Assembly: GCF_009834535.1 (NCBI RefSeq)
Contig: NC_045697.1
Coordinates: 100,256,001-100,320,000, forward strand
DNA: 64,000 nucleotides
Direction: 5' to 3'
Source: Camelus ferus
Lineage: Eukaryota
The translations under genes were made by a program, and so were the position numbers. This document shows, one piece after another, positions 1-13,199 of the stretch (the stretch's first letter is position 1; the number at the start of each line of letters is the position of its first letter). The notes beneath the pieces were generated by a model, which saw only the letters and a list, made by a program, of their open reading frames with translations, was not told where the DNA came from and did no database searches.

Positions 1-379
1 CCTAAAAAGATTGTCCAAGTCTTATCCCTTTGAACCTTAGAAACTTGGCTTGGAAAAGGTCTTTGCAGATATAATTAATGATCATCTTGATATGACAAAT
101 GTCCTTTTGAGAGAAAGGCAGAGGCACAACTGGGACTCACAATTATAGGGGAGGTCATGTGAAGACAGAGACAAGGATTGGAGCCAAGCCAAAGAATGCC
201 TGGAACTACCAGAAGTTGGAAGGGCAAGGAAAGAGTCTCCCCAAGAGCCTTCCAAGGGAACACGGCCCTGCTGACACTTTGATTTCAGACTTCTGGCCTC
301 CATAACTCAGAATACATTTCTGTTGTTTTAAGCCACCCAGTTGTGGTAATTTGTTATGACAGTTCTAGAAAACTAATAC
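1..379 (+). mobile_element. MaLR (MLT1C-like) solo LTR, truncated by the window edge
   Basis: Characteristic MLT1 motifs: gtctttgcagatataattaa, gccctgctgacactttgatttcagacttctggcctcca, ttttaagccacccagt, terminal aactaatac. Confidence 0.85.
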
Positions 380-1902
380 CATCTCTTTCTCTCCAAAGGC
401 CCATTACTCATTACAACTATTTGTCACAAATCTTTTTTTCTTCTCAAAACTCCAGCCAGTCTGGGTCTCCTCACTTCTCGCCTTCTCCATCCTACTCTTC
501 CAAATATGCTCTTTTCTCCAGTGGGTCTGTGCTCTCTATGAACTTAGTAAATATGTCAAATTTTCGATATCCTTCAAATTATTTTGCTTGATCTACTTAA
601 TTCTCATGAAGCTATGCTAAAATCTTTAAGTGCAGATTTCTGAAGGTTTTATAGTGAGTCCACTGGATTTTCTTTATTTAGAATCTATAGTGTTGGTACA
701 GCACAAATTCATGATTGTTATGTCTTCTTAGTAAATTGTTTCTGTTAGTAATAAATAGTATTTCTCTTTACCTCTGTCGATGCTTTTGCCTTAATTTTAA
801 TTTTATTCAATGTTATTACCATTGTTAAGGTCAGCTTGCCTTTAGTTAGTAGAGGGGTGTGTGTGCACGTACACACACAAAAGCAGTGTCTTGGCGTTAA
901 ATTAATTGGTACTACAGATGAGCTATACACAAATATACCTACCAGCTTACTAAGGTATACTTCCCAGTTTAGTAAGTAAAGGTAGATGCTTAAACGAACC
1001 ACTAGGTCAGATGTGCACAGTGTATAGTTCGTAGTTAATGTCAGTGTACTCCTTTTGATGTCCCACTGAAACACAGAGCAACTCCTGCAGGTATTGAAGA
1101 GAGATACCTAGAGCAGGTGGTCACAGCTGACATTGTTCTCTGTCTTCAAGTGCAGAAATAAACCACCACTGTGTATTTGAAATAAAACAGCCACCACCTT
1201 TGCTACAATAGCACTAAGCCAACATCCCAACTGAACAGGTCATGACTAAGGAGTTTGTGCTTTGGAAACCTTTACTCTCTTTTCTCTATATTGCATATTT
1301 TTTTCTACTGCCTCTTTTTTTTTACCTCTACCTCTCCCTCTCCCTATTTTCCTACTCCCTCCTTCATCCTATTCTGAGAGGTTAATTATCTTTCTACCTT
1401 AAAAATTGATTTCTTCTTTCCAACTCTCTTTCTCTTTTTCCCCATCCCTTTTAACTTTCAACACTATGAAATTACATCTGCTTTGAAATACTAGTGGGAC
1501 AGGAGCTAATAAACGCTGCGTTAGAGTCTCTGCTCTTAATTTAAAAGTCAGCCAAGCTTTTCTGTGTTTCTTTAAAAAAAAAAAAGAGAGACACACACAA
1601 TGCACTATTTTTCCTTCCACATGTCCCTTGCTTATTAATTTCTTATTGTGGGTCAGTGACTCCTCCCCCACACCTTGAAAGAAAAGTTCCTCATCTAACA
1701 CTCATTAGCTTGGACTACAAGAATGTCTCTGTAATGATGGCAGTTAGATCTTTAATGACAACTGCTTCACAGACGTATTTTTTTTAATCAACAGGAAAAT
1801 GGAGATGCCTACAGGGTTAATTCTGAATTCCTCAGACTGGTATCCAAAGTTCCCCGCAGTGAATCCCAGCAGTGGTGTGCAGCGCCCTTCCCGGAGGGGA
1901 AC

Positions 1903-2135
1903 AGCATGGTTTAATGGAAGGAGAGTGGGTTCCAAGGTCCTTAGGAACATGTCAGCATATCAACTTTGCCACTTACTAACTGGGAAACTGTGGGCAAATT
2001 ATTCAAACTTTCTGAGCCTCCATTTACTCATATATAAACTAGGGCATCAAAAACCACTTTTCAGGGGCTTGCAAGGATCTATATGTTAATGTCTATAAAG
2101 CAGCTGACTCACAGTAGACTTTCACAGCCTATTAG
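1903..2135 (+). mobile_element. MIR SINE
   Basis: MIR core-like gccacttactaactg...gggcaaattattcaaactttctgagcctccatttactcat. Confidence 0.7.
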
Positions 2136-3036
2136 CTGTCCTGCCATCTGTCCCACGGGCATATACCCTGTGTCCTGAAAGTCATCTGAGCACTCCTGAT
2201 TTCTGCCTCTCCTTCCCTGGAGACAACAAAAGCATGTTATCAGAATGATCACAATTTAGGGAGGCTTAACGCCAACTTGACAGAGAAACTCTGCTGGAAT
2301 CTGAACTGTGTGTCTAGTTCATATTAGAATGGTAGTCTGACAACTTAAAGGAACGTTCTTTCCTGTCTCTGATGACTGATAAAACCTTAGGAGAAATTTG
2401 CTTGGGAAGAGCTGCATGAAAAAAAAAAGAAAAAAGTAAAAGAACCTCTGGAAACAAGCATTCTGATTTTGTATCTACATGTTTGTTCTTGTTTGGTTTG
2501 GTTTGTGACTTTGGTGTCAGGGTAACGTTGGCCTTATAACATGAATTAAGTATTCCCCCCTCTTCAATTTTTGGAAGAGTTTGAGAAGTATAGGTATTAA
2601 ATGTTCTTGAGACTGTTTGCTAGAATTCACCTATGAAGCCATCTGGTCCTGGTCTTCTGTGTTTTGGGAGGTGTCTGACTACTGTTTCAATCTCTTTACT
2701 AGTGCTCAGTCTATCAATATTTTCTTATTTCTTCATGATCAGTCTTGGAAAGTTATATAATTCTAAGAAGTCGTTTGTTTCTTCTAGGTTGTCCAATTTG
2801 TTGAGGTATAGCTGTTCAAAATGTTCTTATAATCCTTTGCATTTCCGTGGTATACATTGTTCTTTCTACTCTTTCCTTTCTGATTTATCAGAGCCTTCTC
2901 TTTTTAATTAGTGAGTCCAGCTAAAGGTTTGTCAGTTTTGTGTATGTTTTCAAAGAGCCATCTCTTCATTTCATTGATATTTTCTATTGTCTTATTAGTT
3001 TCTTATTTCATTTATTTCTGCTTTAATTTTTTAATA

Positions 3037-4312
3037 TAGCTGACCTTTGAACAACATGAGGATAGGGGTGCTGACCCCTCATGCAGTTGAAAATCCATGT
3101 ATAAATTTTGACTTCCCCTAAGATTTACTGATGGCCTACTGTTGACTGGAAGCCTAAATGGTAATATAAACACTCAGAACTGCCCTCATATCCTGCCTCT
3201 TGGTCTGCAGAAGATGCTTCCCCTGTTTTCTTGACATTTTTAAGCCAAACCTCTTTCTAAAATTATCAAACCATCCTTTGTTGGCGTTAAATTCTCCAGC
3301 TCTAGGTCCTTCATCTTCCTCTTGCTTCCTCTCGCCTCGAGTCATAAAATGACTTTGCTTCTTTTTGAATCACATTAGAGTCTAAACGTGTACCTTTCTA
3401 CCTATATTCCCATTGTATGACTATCCTACACTCCCATAGAAGCTGCATTTTCAACAGGAGATGGGAAGGTATTTTGCAAAAAGTACAAGGTTTTCACTCC
3501 TTCAAGCATAGCTATAGCAATGGCTGCACAAGTTTCCTTTTATTTCTAATTTTTTTAAAATAATGATCCTTATACTGGATTAATTAATCTTGAAATAAAA
3601 AGCAACTGCAGCTGCAGACCTCAACCTATGGTACGTATCAAATGAGTCAACCTTTTCTTGTTACATCATGGCTTTTTTCTGCTGGGAGCACTTACAGCAC
3701 CGCTAGGGTGGCACTTCATATGGGTCCCCTGGTAATATTAAGGTTTACAGTATTGCACTAAACATGAAAAATACACAATATCCACAAGAGATCACTTTTT
3801 ACTAGGATATGCAATTTACCGGAGAGACAACTGCTCACACAGAGATGAGTGTCACATGGTGTTTTAAGTGGATATGTGCAATACTTGAGCTCACCACAAT
3901 AGAAAAAGGACGTGGCTACAAAATTATTACAGTAGTGCAGTATGTACTAGTTAATTGTTTGCACTTACGATTTACTAGTGCATCTTTATGTTTGTTTACA
4001 TTTCTCTCAACTGTGAATGGTGTCATATATGATCTGTAAGTGTATGTGTATAGGTTTTGATAAATTTTAGCTTTTTATAGTAGATTTGTATACATTTTAT
4101 GGTAGTAAGTGATACAGACTAGTATCTATATATATTTTATGCATTCATGATATACCTGTTACATTTTTTTTGTATTTCTAGGCTATGCAGTTCATCTGTG
4201 AGTTTTTCAAATTGTCACAAATCTCCAAAATTTTCCCAATGTATTTATTGAAAAAGATTTGCATGTAAGTGAATCCATGCAATTCAAACCAATGTTGTTC
4301 AAAGGTCAACTG
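3037..4312 (-). mobile_element. Tigger2-type (TcMar-Tigger) DNA transposon, internally deleted, both TIRs present
   Basis: Left TIR tagctgacctttgaacaacatg (3037) and right TIR tgttgttcaaaggtcaactg (ends 4312), flanked by TA and TG. ORF 3154-3345(-) contains GEFNANKGWFDNFRKRFGL, a CENP-B-type HTH motif of Tigger transposases. Confidence 0.88.
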
Positions 4313-4956
4313 TGTTTCCTTCCTTCTACTGATCTGGGGCTTTATTTGTTGTTCTAGTTCCTTTAGATTATTTGAAAATGTTCTTGTTTCTTGAAGTAGG
4401 CTTGTGTTGTGCTAAAAACATCCCTCTGAGTACCCCTTTTGCTGCATTTGATATCACAGATTTTGGCATGTTGTGTTTTCATTTTTATTTGTCTTCAGGT
4501 ATTTTTTTGGTTTATCCTTTGATTTCTTCCTTGACCCAATAGTTGCTCAGTAGCATGTAGTTCAGTCTCCATACAATTTTCTAGCTTTCTTCTTGTAGTT
4601 GACTTCTAGTTTCACACCATTATGAACAGAAAAGATGCTTGACATGATTTCAATCTTCTTAAATTTATTGAGACTTGTTTTATGTCCCAACATATGGTCT
4701 ATCCTTGAGAATGTTCATGTGCACTTGAGAAGAATGTGCATTCTGCTAAATTTGGTTGGAATGTTCTGTGTAAATTGATCAGCTCCATCTGGTCTAATGT
4801 TTCATTTAAGGCTGCTGTTCCCATGTTGAGTTTCTGTCTGGAAGATCTATCCATCAATGCAAGTGAGGTATTATTCTATTTGTGGTGGTGTCAATTTCTC
4901 CCTTTAGGTCTATTAATAATTGCTTTGTATGTTTTGGTACTCTTATGCTAGGTATA

Positions 4957-5000
4957 TGTGTGTGTGTGTGTGTGTGTGTATGTGTGTGTGTGTGTGTGTG
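4957..5000. repeat. (TG)n microsatellite with one TA interruption
   Basis: Direct reading. Confidence 0.95.
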
Positions 5001-6199
5001 TATAAACATGTTTTGTTGTGAACTGTCATCTTTATCATTATGCAATGTACATATTTGTCTCATCTTACCTTTTCTGGCTTGAGGTCTATTTTGTCTTATA
5101 TGAGTAAAGCTACAACTGCTTTTCTCGGGGAGGGGGGGCTGTCATTTGCTTGGAGTATCAGCTTCCATCCCTTCACTTTGAGTCTATGTTTGTCTTTAGA
5201 GCCGAAGTGAGTCTCTTGGAAGCAGCATACAGTTGAGTCTTGTGTTTTAATCCACCCAGCCACTCTTTTTTGATTGGTGAATGCAGTCCATTCACATTTA
5301 GGGTGACTGATAAATGAGGACTTAGTACTGCCATTTTATTTTTTGTTTTCTGGTTGCTCTACATTTCCATTTTTCCTTCTTCCTTGTGTTTCTGTCTGCC
5401 ATTTTAGTTTGGTGGTTTTCTATTACATTTCTCTCAATTTCCTCTTTTTTATGTTTTGTGTCTCTGCTTTAGATTTATGTTTTGTGGTTCCCATGAGGTT
5501 TGTACAAAATGTCTCAGATAAAACAATGCTTTTTATGCTGACAGCATCTTAATTTATCTATACAGGTTCCACCTTTTTCCTTTTCCCTTTTTATATTTTG
5601 CTGTCTCAAATTACCCCTTTTTAATATTGTGAGTCTGTAACCAAACTGAAGCAGCTATAGTTATTTTTTTACTGCTTTTTTCCCCTTTAACTTTTATGCT
5701 ATGCTGTTTTTAAAAGCCTATTCTGATACAGTGTTGTAATTTTATGATTCTGTATATTTATCACTTTAATCAGTACTTTCACCTTTTTGTTTCTGGTAGA
5801 AGAACTCTTTCCAATATTTCCCGTAAGGCAAGTCCAGTGTTGGTGAACTCCCTCAGCTACTGTTTGGAAAAGAAAAGGCACTGAATTTTAACTAGTTGAT
5901 CTAATTAAATAAAATTTAATGGGATGCATGAGAAAAAAATTACTCCTATATTTATTGACCCACAAAACCAGTCACATAAGACTAGAGCAGAGAATCTTGT
6001 CTACTGGCACACACAGAAAGCAATTTCAGAGGCTCGTGACTCCAGCACAAGACAATAATAATGCAGCAGCCCAAAGAGCCAAAGTGCCCTTCAGTTTCAG
6101 ACAGAAAACGTTAACACCTGGATGCTGGGCTCATACCCTCAGATGGCTACAGGGTATGGAGGTCATGAAGAGACAGTGACCTAGGAACACATGCCTTGT

Positions 6200-6420
6200 C
6201 TTTAGACAGAGCCACTGCTTTGCCCCTAGCAATGGCTGCTTTTTCGGAATGAGAGCCCAGGGTTACCAGAGTTCCTGATTTTCCAGAGAAGTTGGAAAGG
6301 GGGATTTCTATGTGATATCTTCCTTTTTTCTAAACACTGGTTATTAATTTTAAATTTTAAAATAAAACTGCATATGCTGAAGAGCCATACCCTCAGGGCA
6401 GGCCTGATGGTTGCCTGTCC
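6200..6420. mobile_element. hAT-Charlie fossil (MER103-like)
   Basis: ccagagttcctgattttccagagaagttggaaagggggatttctatgtgatatct resembles the MER103 consensus. Confidence 0.5.
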
Positions 6421-6569
6421 TCAGGCAACCTTTGCAGATGGCAGGAGAGGACAGCCCCACTCTGACCAATTTAGGTGAGTCCACACCTGGAACAGTGTGT
6501 TTTCCCAGGCACTAACCTTAAGGAGGAACAGGGAGAGGGAACAGTGGTAAATCGGTGAGTGAGGTCTGG

Positions 6570-6745
6570 CTTCTGGAGCCAGTGAGACCAGGGATAGAGT
6601 CCCAGCTGCACCTCTTACTAAGAATGTATCCTCAAGCAACTTCTTGGCGTCTGCAGGTCCAGTTTCTTCATCTGTAAGATGAGGGATAATCGTAACACCT
6701 ACCCCGTTAGGATGGACATGCTGACTAAACGAGCTAATGTGTTCC
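6570..6745 (+). mobile_element. MIR SINE
   Basis: Core cagtttcttcatctgtaagatgagggataat...acctacc. Confidence 0.7.
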
Positions 6746-8245
6746 AGGAGCTACGCCCATGCATCACGCACTTTGAGCTAAACAGGCAGTGAGAAAACAG
6801 GAAAATATTTGTTACGAGGAAATGTGGGAACTTGAGATTTCCCCTCAGATTAGAAAAAGATGAAACGGCAAAACAGTATTTGTCATCGAACGTTTGACTA
6901 TGTAGGGGTGGCTTTGCCAGCCTTACTTACGACGTCCAAGGGCAGGACTGGAAAGAAACAATGGGTGAAAGTTAGAAGGAGGCATATTTAGATCCAGTCA
7001 AAGAAACAATCAAAAGTTAACTAGACTCTGCTGTCTCCAAAGACAGCATGGTAGTTTCTTCTGGTGGAGGAAATTAAACCTAAATCGGACAGCTGCTAGG
7101 CAGATACAGCAGGAGGGAGTTCAAATACTGAACTGGGCAGGGTGTAGGAATAAGATAAACTAGATGACCTTCAGATCCCTTCCAACCCCAAGACTTCTGT
7201 GATGTGCTTACACTGCAGCAAATACATCCAATTTCTCTGACGTCCTTTACAAGAGACCCACTCATTTATGTGGAAGAAGTTATCAACAGACAAAGGAACT
7301 ACAAGCACAAGCCAATAATTCAGATGCCAAAAAGGAATCACCACCAAGGGTTCCACTGATTATGCCAACACACAAACATACACATACAGGACCCAAGGCC
7401 AACACACCTGATCTCCACAGGTATACTGACTTATGTCAAGGGTACTGTGATCACAGAAGCTCCTAGATCTAATATTTCACTATGGTTGGCATCAAGGAAA
7501 TGGGAGATAAATGTGACATCTTAAGGAAATTGGGATTCATTACTTTTTTTCTTTAAAGCCCTTGATATCAAGTGCCTGAAGTGTTTATTCTTAGTATCAT
7601 TAAAAATAATGCCATACATTGATGGATATTCGATTTATTACATTCAAAGATATATTACCTTATTCTTTTTCTTATAATACATCATACGGCAGGTCAAGCA
7701 GAGATTTCCATTCTACAGACCAGAAAACTGGGCTCCAGGGTGGGGGGTAAAGTGAGTGAGCAGGAATGCAGAGTCTTCTATCTCCAAATCCCATCTTCTT
7801 CCCATTATCGCACACTGCATTTTTAAAGGCCTCAGTATTTTTCTTTTTGAGAAGAGCATAAGCATACGTAGTACACATAAATAGAAAAGGTCTGGTTTAC
7901 CTACTCCTGTACTGCGTGAGTAAAGAAAGTAATTCCAGTAAAAAACACCTAAATATATTGGATGAAACATTCAAAACATCTCTTGAAAAGAAATGAGCTG
8001 GAGGACGAGGCCAGAAACAGAAAGAAGGGAGGATTCCACACAGGTAAACCAGCACTGAGGGCTGCCGCCCAGAGGGCGTCTTCTGCTTTCGGTGGCCTTG
8101 AACCAGGGTTTAGGAACCACACCTGTAGGGGGAAAAAACAAAGCTTGGGGCCCAGTAGGATAGGAGGACTGAGAGGAGACTCCTCTGTAAAGCTGGAACC
8201 CCTCAAGGGCAGCCCTGAAATGGATGAACCAGAAAAAAGAAAGAG

Positions 8246-8271
8246 AAAAAAAAAAAAAAAAAAAAAAAAAA
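8246..8271 (+). repeat. Poly-A run (A26)
   Basis: Direct reading. Confidence 0.9.
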
Positions 8272-8479
8272 CCAAACCCTGCCTGGTAGGAGAATCTTCT
8301 GTTAAAGCCTTGGATCTGAGTGTGATAAAGAAAAAAAAATCTCCCTTGGGTTATTTCTCACCCCAAACACACATTTACACAGTTAGGACCGGAATTCACC
8401 CTCCTGGGTGACCAGTAAAACCTTACCCTCCAAATTGTTTTAAAGCAACCTTGGGTTAGTACACTGAGGTTTTTGGCAG

Positions 8480-9800
8480 AAGCAAACCCACAGTCTCCCA
8501 GAAGGAGAACTCTATAAACACATGCCTCACAAAAAACCCTCTCATGGCAAAAGCTCTAAGGAACATAAACTCACAGTCAAATTCACTAAACACATGAAAC
8601 ACATAAGCCTCCAGGACTCGGGCTCAGAAAAAAACAAAGTACAGAAGCAGACGTGCAAAGCCAGCAGAGATTAACAGCATATAAAATGAATGGGTTTATT
8701 ATTTTTAAGACAAGAAAGAAGAGACTGAAAAGATGATGAAAGATCAAGAGACTGTCAAAACTGACTAAACAGATTTGAACAGAAACAGAACGCAAACTTG
8801 CAGAAATGAAAAATGCAACTCAAAATCCATGCAAAAGATTACAGACACAGCTAAAGAGGCAGTGAGGTAGGAGATAAGAGCTGAAATATGATACAGAATG
8901 CAGAGAAGACAACATGTAAAAAGAGGTTCAGAGATACGCAAGATAAAGTAAAAATACTTCACATTTGCTGACTTGGAAGATCAGAAGCACACGGAGAGAT
9001 GCACGAAGAGGCAATGTTCTAAGATCATAACTAAGGATTTCCTTGATAACAAGCTCCAGGCCCATATACCTCACAGTGAAACTGAAGAGCATGTGATACA
9101 CAGGGAAGATGCTGAGAGCAGCCAGAGAGAAAAGGCACACTACAGAGCAGTGATGCATAACTATATGCTGACTTCTCTGTAGCAACGATGGAAGCTGAAA
9201 GACAATAGAATATTAACTTCTAAATGCCAGGAGAAAGTAACTGTCAATACAGACTATGACCAGAGGTTGGCAAACTTTCTATAATGTGCCAATTCATAAA
9301 TACTTTAGGTTTTGCAGGCCATCTGTCACATATTACTTTTTGCTGTTGTTCTGTTCTTTATTACCACTTGAAAAATGTAAGAACTATGCCTAGCATGGGA
9401 CTGTACAAAAACAGACCTCATTTCAGACTTGGCCCAAGTGGCCCCAGTTTGCCAGCCCTGAGAAGAGACAAAGTTTTCTATGAGGAAGGACATAAAGACA
9501 TTATAATAAATGTATACATTAACTGTAATAAAGACATTGCTCAGAGACTCTCATTAAGGAAACTTTAAAATGATGTACCTTAGGAAGATGCAAAATGATA
9601 CCAAAAAGTCTGTGATGCAAGAAGAAGCAATGAGTCAAGCATTGGTAAAAATCTGTGAAAATCCAACTAAACATTATGCATATTTTTATTAGATAGTGTG
9701 TGCAGCAAAAAGTACATAGAATTAAGTCCTAGAGAACAGGCTTCTGCTTCTGCATATGATTTCGATTGCTGAGAAGAGTGCTATTCTTGCTTAATGAGGA
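8480..9800 (+). mobile_element. Degenerate old L1/HAL1 ORF1-region fragment, interrupted by MER58 at 9261-9460
   Basis: A-rich + strand with ORF1 C-terminal-like segments (ctgacttctctgtagcaacgatggaagctgaaagacaatagaat...aactgtcaa) that resume after the insertion with gaaggacataaagacatt. Confidence 0.6.
9261..9460 (+). mobile_element. MER58-type hAT-Charlie DNA transposon
   Basis: Termini cagaggttggcaaact and agtttgccagccctg form TIRs; internal tactttaggttttgcaggcca. Confidence 0.8.
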
Positions 9801-10234
9801 AGAAAAAACAAACAACTAGGAAAAAACTACAGAACTGTTAACTTTTCTTGACCTATCCGAGGGCTGAGGGCACAGGGAACCCGAGGACAATGAATTCCAA
9901 GGAGGGAGGAGAGGAAGTGTAGACAGGCTGACCTGATAGGGCACTGCATCGCAGGGTAAGAAGACATCACCTACCATTTTAAGAAATTGATGGGAGCCAT
10001 ATAGAAGCCAGGATGACATGCCAGCCTGGAACAGCTGGGAGCCCCAAACACAGGGGGGTCTGCAGTCAGTAGTAGCTCTCCCGGGAAGGACCAGGGACAG
10101 GGAAGGGGGCCAGAGAGGCCCCACCTGAGTACAGGCTTGGAAGGATGGAGCAGCTGCTTCTCCCAGGGAGGCACAAAACCCACTCCTCACCCAGACCCTC
10201 CTGTCATATGGAGTGGCCTTAATTAAAAAGAGAA

Positions 10235-10770
10235 GAGATCTAAATGTCTATCAACAGAGGAAATGATAAAAATGGATAAATAAACCATGGCACATTCATA
10301 CAATGGAATATCCTCCACGCCTGCAAATGGATGAATCCCAAAAACATAACGGTAAGGGAAAAACCAGACACAAAATGATATTACGTATGCAAAATTAATC
10401 TATTTTATACAGCTGTATAATACTTGTATGTAAAGTTTATCTATATTAAAGGTGACATATACATACACAGTTTTATATAGCGTGCAAAACAAGCAAAAGA
10501 AAGACGTGTGTGTATCTTTAGGGGTGCACAAACAGCAAAGTAAGGGGACGATTTAAGAACTTTAGGATAGTGGCTGCCTCTGGGCCACTGTCCTGAATCT
10601 ACCATGGAGGGGCGCCCAGGGACTATTCAAGTGCTATTTATGAATAATCTGGTTAGTACCCTGATTGCTGGGAATATGTTTTATTTGCAGTTGTCATTAT
10701 CCTTCAACTTCACATATATGTTACATGCACCCTGATGCATACATGATACAGTTTGTAATTAAAGTGGAAG
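10235..10770 (+). mobile_element. Old L1 (L1ME/L1MC-type) 3' fragment
   Basis: ctaaatgtctatcaacag...ggataaataaaccatggcacattcatacaatggaata...aggatagtggctgcctctggg. Confidence 0.65.
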
Positions 10771-11949
10771 TTCTGTGCAGATGTGCATGTAACAGTTAAC
10801 AGTATTTCTTGCCATGATGGGGAGGGTGGAGGAGAGAGTTAATGATCACGTTTACTTCTTGCTCAATGTGCTTCTGTTTCTGGGTTTGTTTGGGGTTTCT
10901 CGGTAACACAAGGAGTAGTGTGCATTTATACTTCTTTTTTTTAAAACACTAAAGATAATTTTTAGCTCCTAAAACAATGAATTATGTTCATTTTCGAAAG
11001 ATTTCTTTCTGTTTCATAGTAAAATGACCTCAAAAGGATGAACATGAGGTTTATACAACTTTCACATTTCTAAGCTGCAAAAAGACATGTAATCATTAAA
11101 AGAAACAAAGATACCATATTTAACGATAATTTAACGTCTTCTTTGCCATATTTGTTTGCTTTAGAAAAGATGGTAATTAAGTTAAGTGGTCAAATAACCT
11201 TTTTCGTTTTATTCTGGACCAGGTAACATGGTGATTTACAAGACCGCATATTCCTTTACAGAGACAAGAGATCCTCGAGTCCTGATTAGCCAAGTGGAGA
11301 GGATACTCTGAAAGCTTGGCTGACATTCCAAGAAACTTCAAGAGTCAGTGTTGTGTTTCTCTTATCCCTAAGAAACTTCAAAATTCCTTTGTTTAATTCA
11401 CAATGGCCAGTAACCAGAGTGAGAAGATCTTTATGTGGGAGTTAGCACACTCTAATGCTCTTTCTAGACCTAAAAATCTTTGAGGCTTCTTTTAAACGCA
11501 GCCATGTCCTCAGCAACTAGAAAATGGGATGTAATTAGACCCTCTTTCATGTGGTTTTAACAGACAGGCAGCCTGAATATAAAAGCATTATTCAAAAGCA
11601 GACCATCATCTGCAGAACTGTGTTGTTTGGGAATCTCACTTCTCCCCCAAACAGAGTGTGAGTTTCATAGAAGAAAGGACCTTGCACGTGCATCTTAGCA
11701 TTGCCAGGGACTAGTTCAGTGCCACTAGCACCCTGGGTACTGATAACTGTTCGCTGAGTGCATTCGTTTGCTCTGCAGCTCAGAAAACTAATTTCTTTCA
11801 GCCATCCCTCCGTATATGTCACACACCTTCATTTTAGCACCAATTCTGAGCCAATATGACAGCAGATATTGAGATTATAAATATGATTAATACACTTTTA
11901 TACCTTTAGGAGGTTAAGTCCACACCAAAGTATAGTTTGGAATTATATC

Positions 11950-12265
11950 CTCAACAATGTAGATAAAACTCATACACATAATGTTGAGTGAAAGATGCTA
12001 AACATAAAAGAATGCACTCTGTATGATCCTGTTAATATCAAGTCAAAACACACAGAACTAACCTGTGGAATTTGAAGTTGGGATAGTGGTTACCCTTGAG
12101 GAGACGAGTGCCTGGAAGGAGACCTGGAAGGGGTTAGTGGGGTCAGTTGATTTTTTTCCCCTTAATTTTCAAGTGATCACTCTTTGAAAATCTAACCAAT
12201 AGTACATTTATGATTTGGGCCCTTTTATACATGCATGTTGTACTTCAAGTTCATTAAGAAAAAAA
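11950..12265 (+). mobile_element. Old L1 (L1ME-type) 3' fragment
   Basis: cataatgttgagtgaaagatg...gaagttgggatagtggttacccttgag. Confidence 0.6.
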
Positions 12266-13199
12266 AGATAACACTTCAGAAACGCATATGGCTTGTCTAA
12301 GGGGATTTTTCTACTGTTCATACAATTCAGCACATTCTCAACACTTTTCTAATCTTGTTTTAACTCAAATGCCACCTCCTGCAGAGAGTCTCCACTGCTC
12401 CCCAAACTTGAATGAATTTTTCCTTCCTCGGAACTGCCAGAGCATCTTACTAATGCATCTCCCTTACTTTCTTGAACTCTAAGCATTGTGTTAAAATGTG
12501 AAACAATCGTTAACTCACACCACCTATCACAGTGCTCTGGATGTAACAGGCACTCAAAAATCCTTAGGCTAATAAACACGTAACATTCTGTTCCCTGAAC
12601 TCCTCGTGGCCCCTTCCTGTGCTTTGGGGTGCTCTTTAATCTGTCCTTTTATTCAGCATAACATCTACAGCACAATCTGTGGGACCCATCCAACTGTGAT
12701 GTCAGTCAACCTGCAACCCTTTCTATGGATGGCTTGGACACATGAAAAAGAAAACAGCATTGTTCTTTCGTTCTAATAACAAGTATAAAAAGAAATTCAA
12801 AACAAAGGAAAATAAACGTTACCGGTAATTTACTGTGCGCATTGTCTTACAACTTGATCGTTACTCTCACAATGCCACACACAGCTTCTCCTGTCTGCAC
12901 ACGCACTTCTCACTGAAGTTCGTTGCTTTCTGGAACAATGGCTTGGCATAATGGCTGCAGGCGGAAAGAATGCATCCTACTTTGCTTAACCAACTCCCCA
13001 TCTATGGACATCTGGCCTATTTCAAAATGTTTACTTCTAAAAACGAACATCTTCATTAAACAAATTGCCCATTCACAATAACTACGTAAGAGTAAATCCC
13101 TAAGAAGCTTATTTTCCAGATTAAAAGGATATACGTTACAAAGGACTTTCTACAGTACACACTGTCGGACGTGAAGACTGCAATAATGTATGTTGTTAC

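Larger units (their letters stand above)
2490..5865 (-). mobile_element. Old LINE-1 fragment (ORF1 end and 5' part of ORF2), interrupted by Tigger2 at 3037-4312
   Basis: Antisense L1 signatures: tagaattcacctatgaagccatctggtcctgg, gagaatgttcatgtgcacttgagaagaatgtg, gtgaactccctcagct; many stops and indels. Confidence 0.85.

Noticed and set aside
7962..8411. 149-aa Lys-rich ORF with an NLS-like run
   Set aside because: The poly-Lys comes from a genomic A26 run; no homology recognised.
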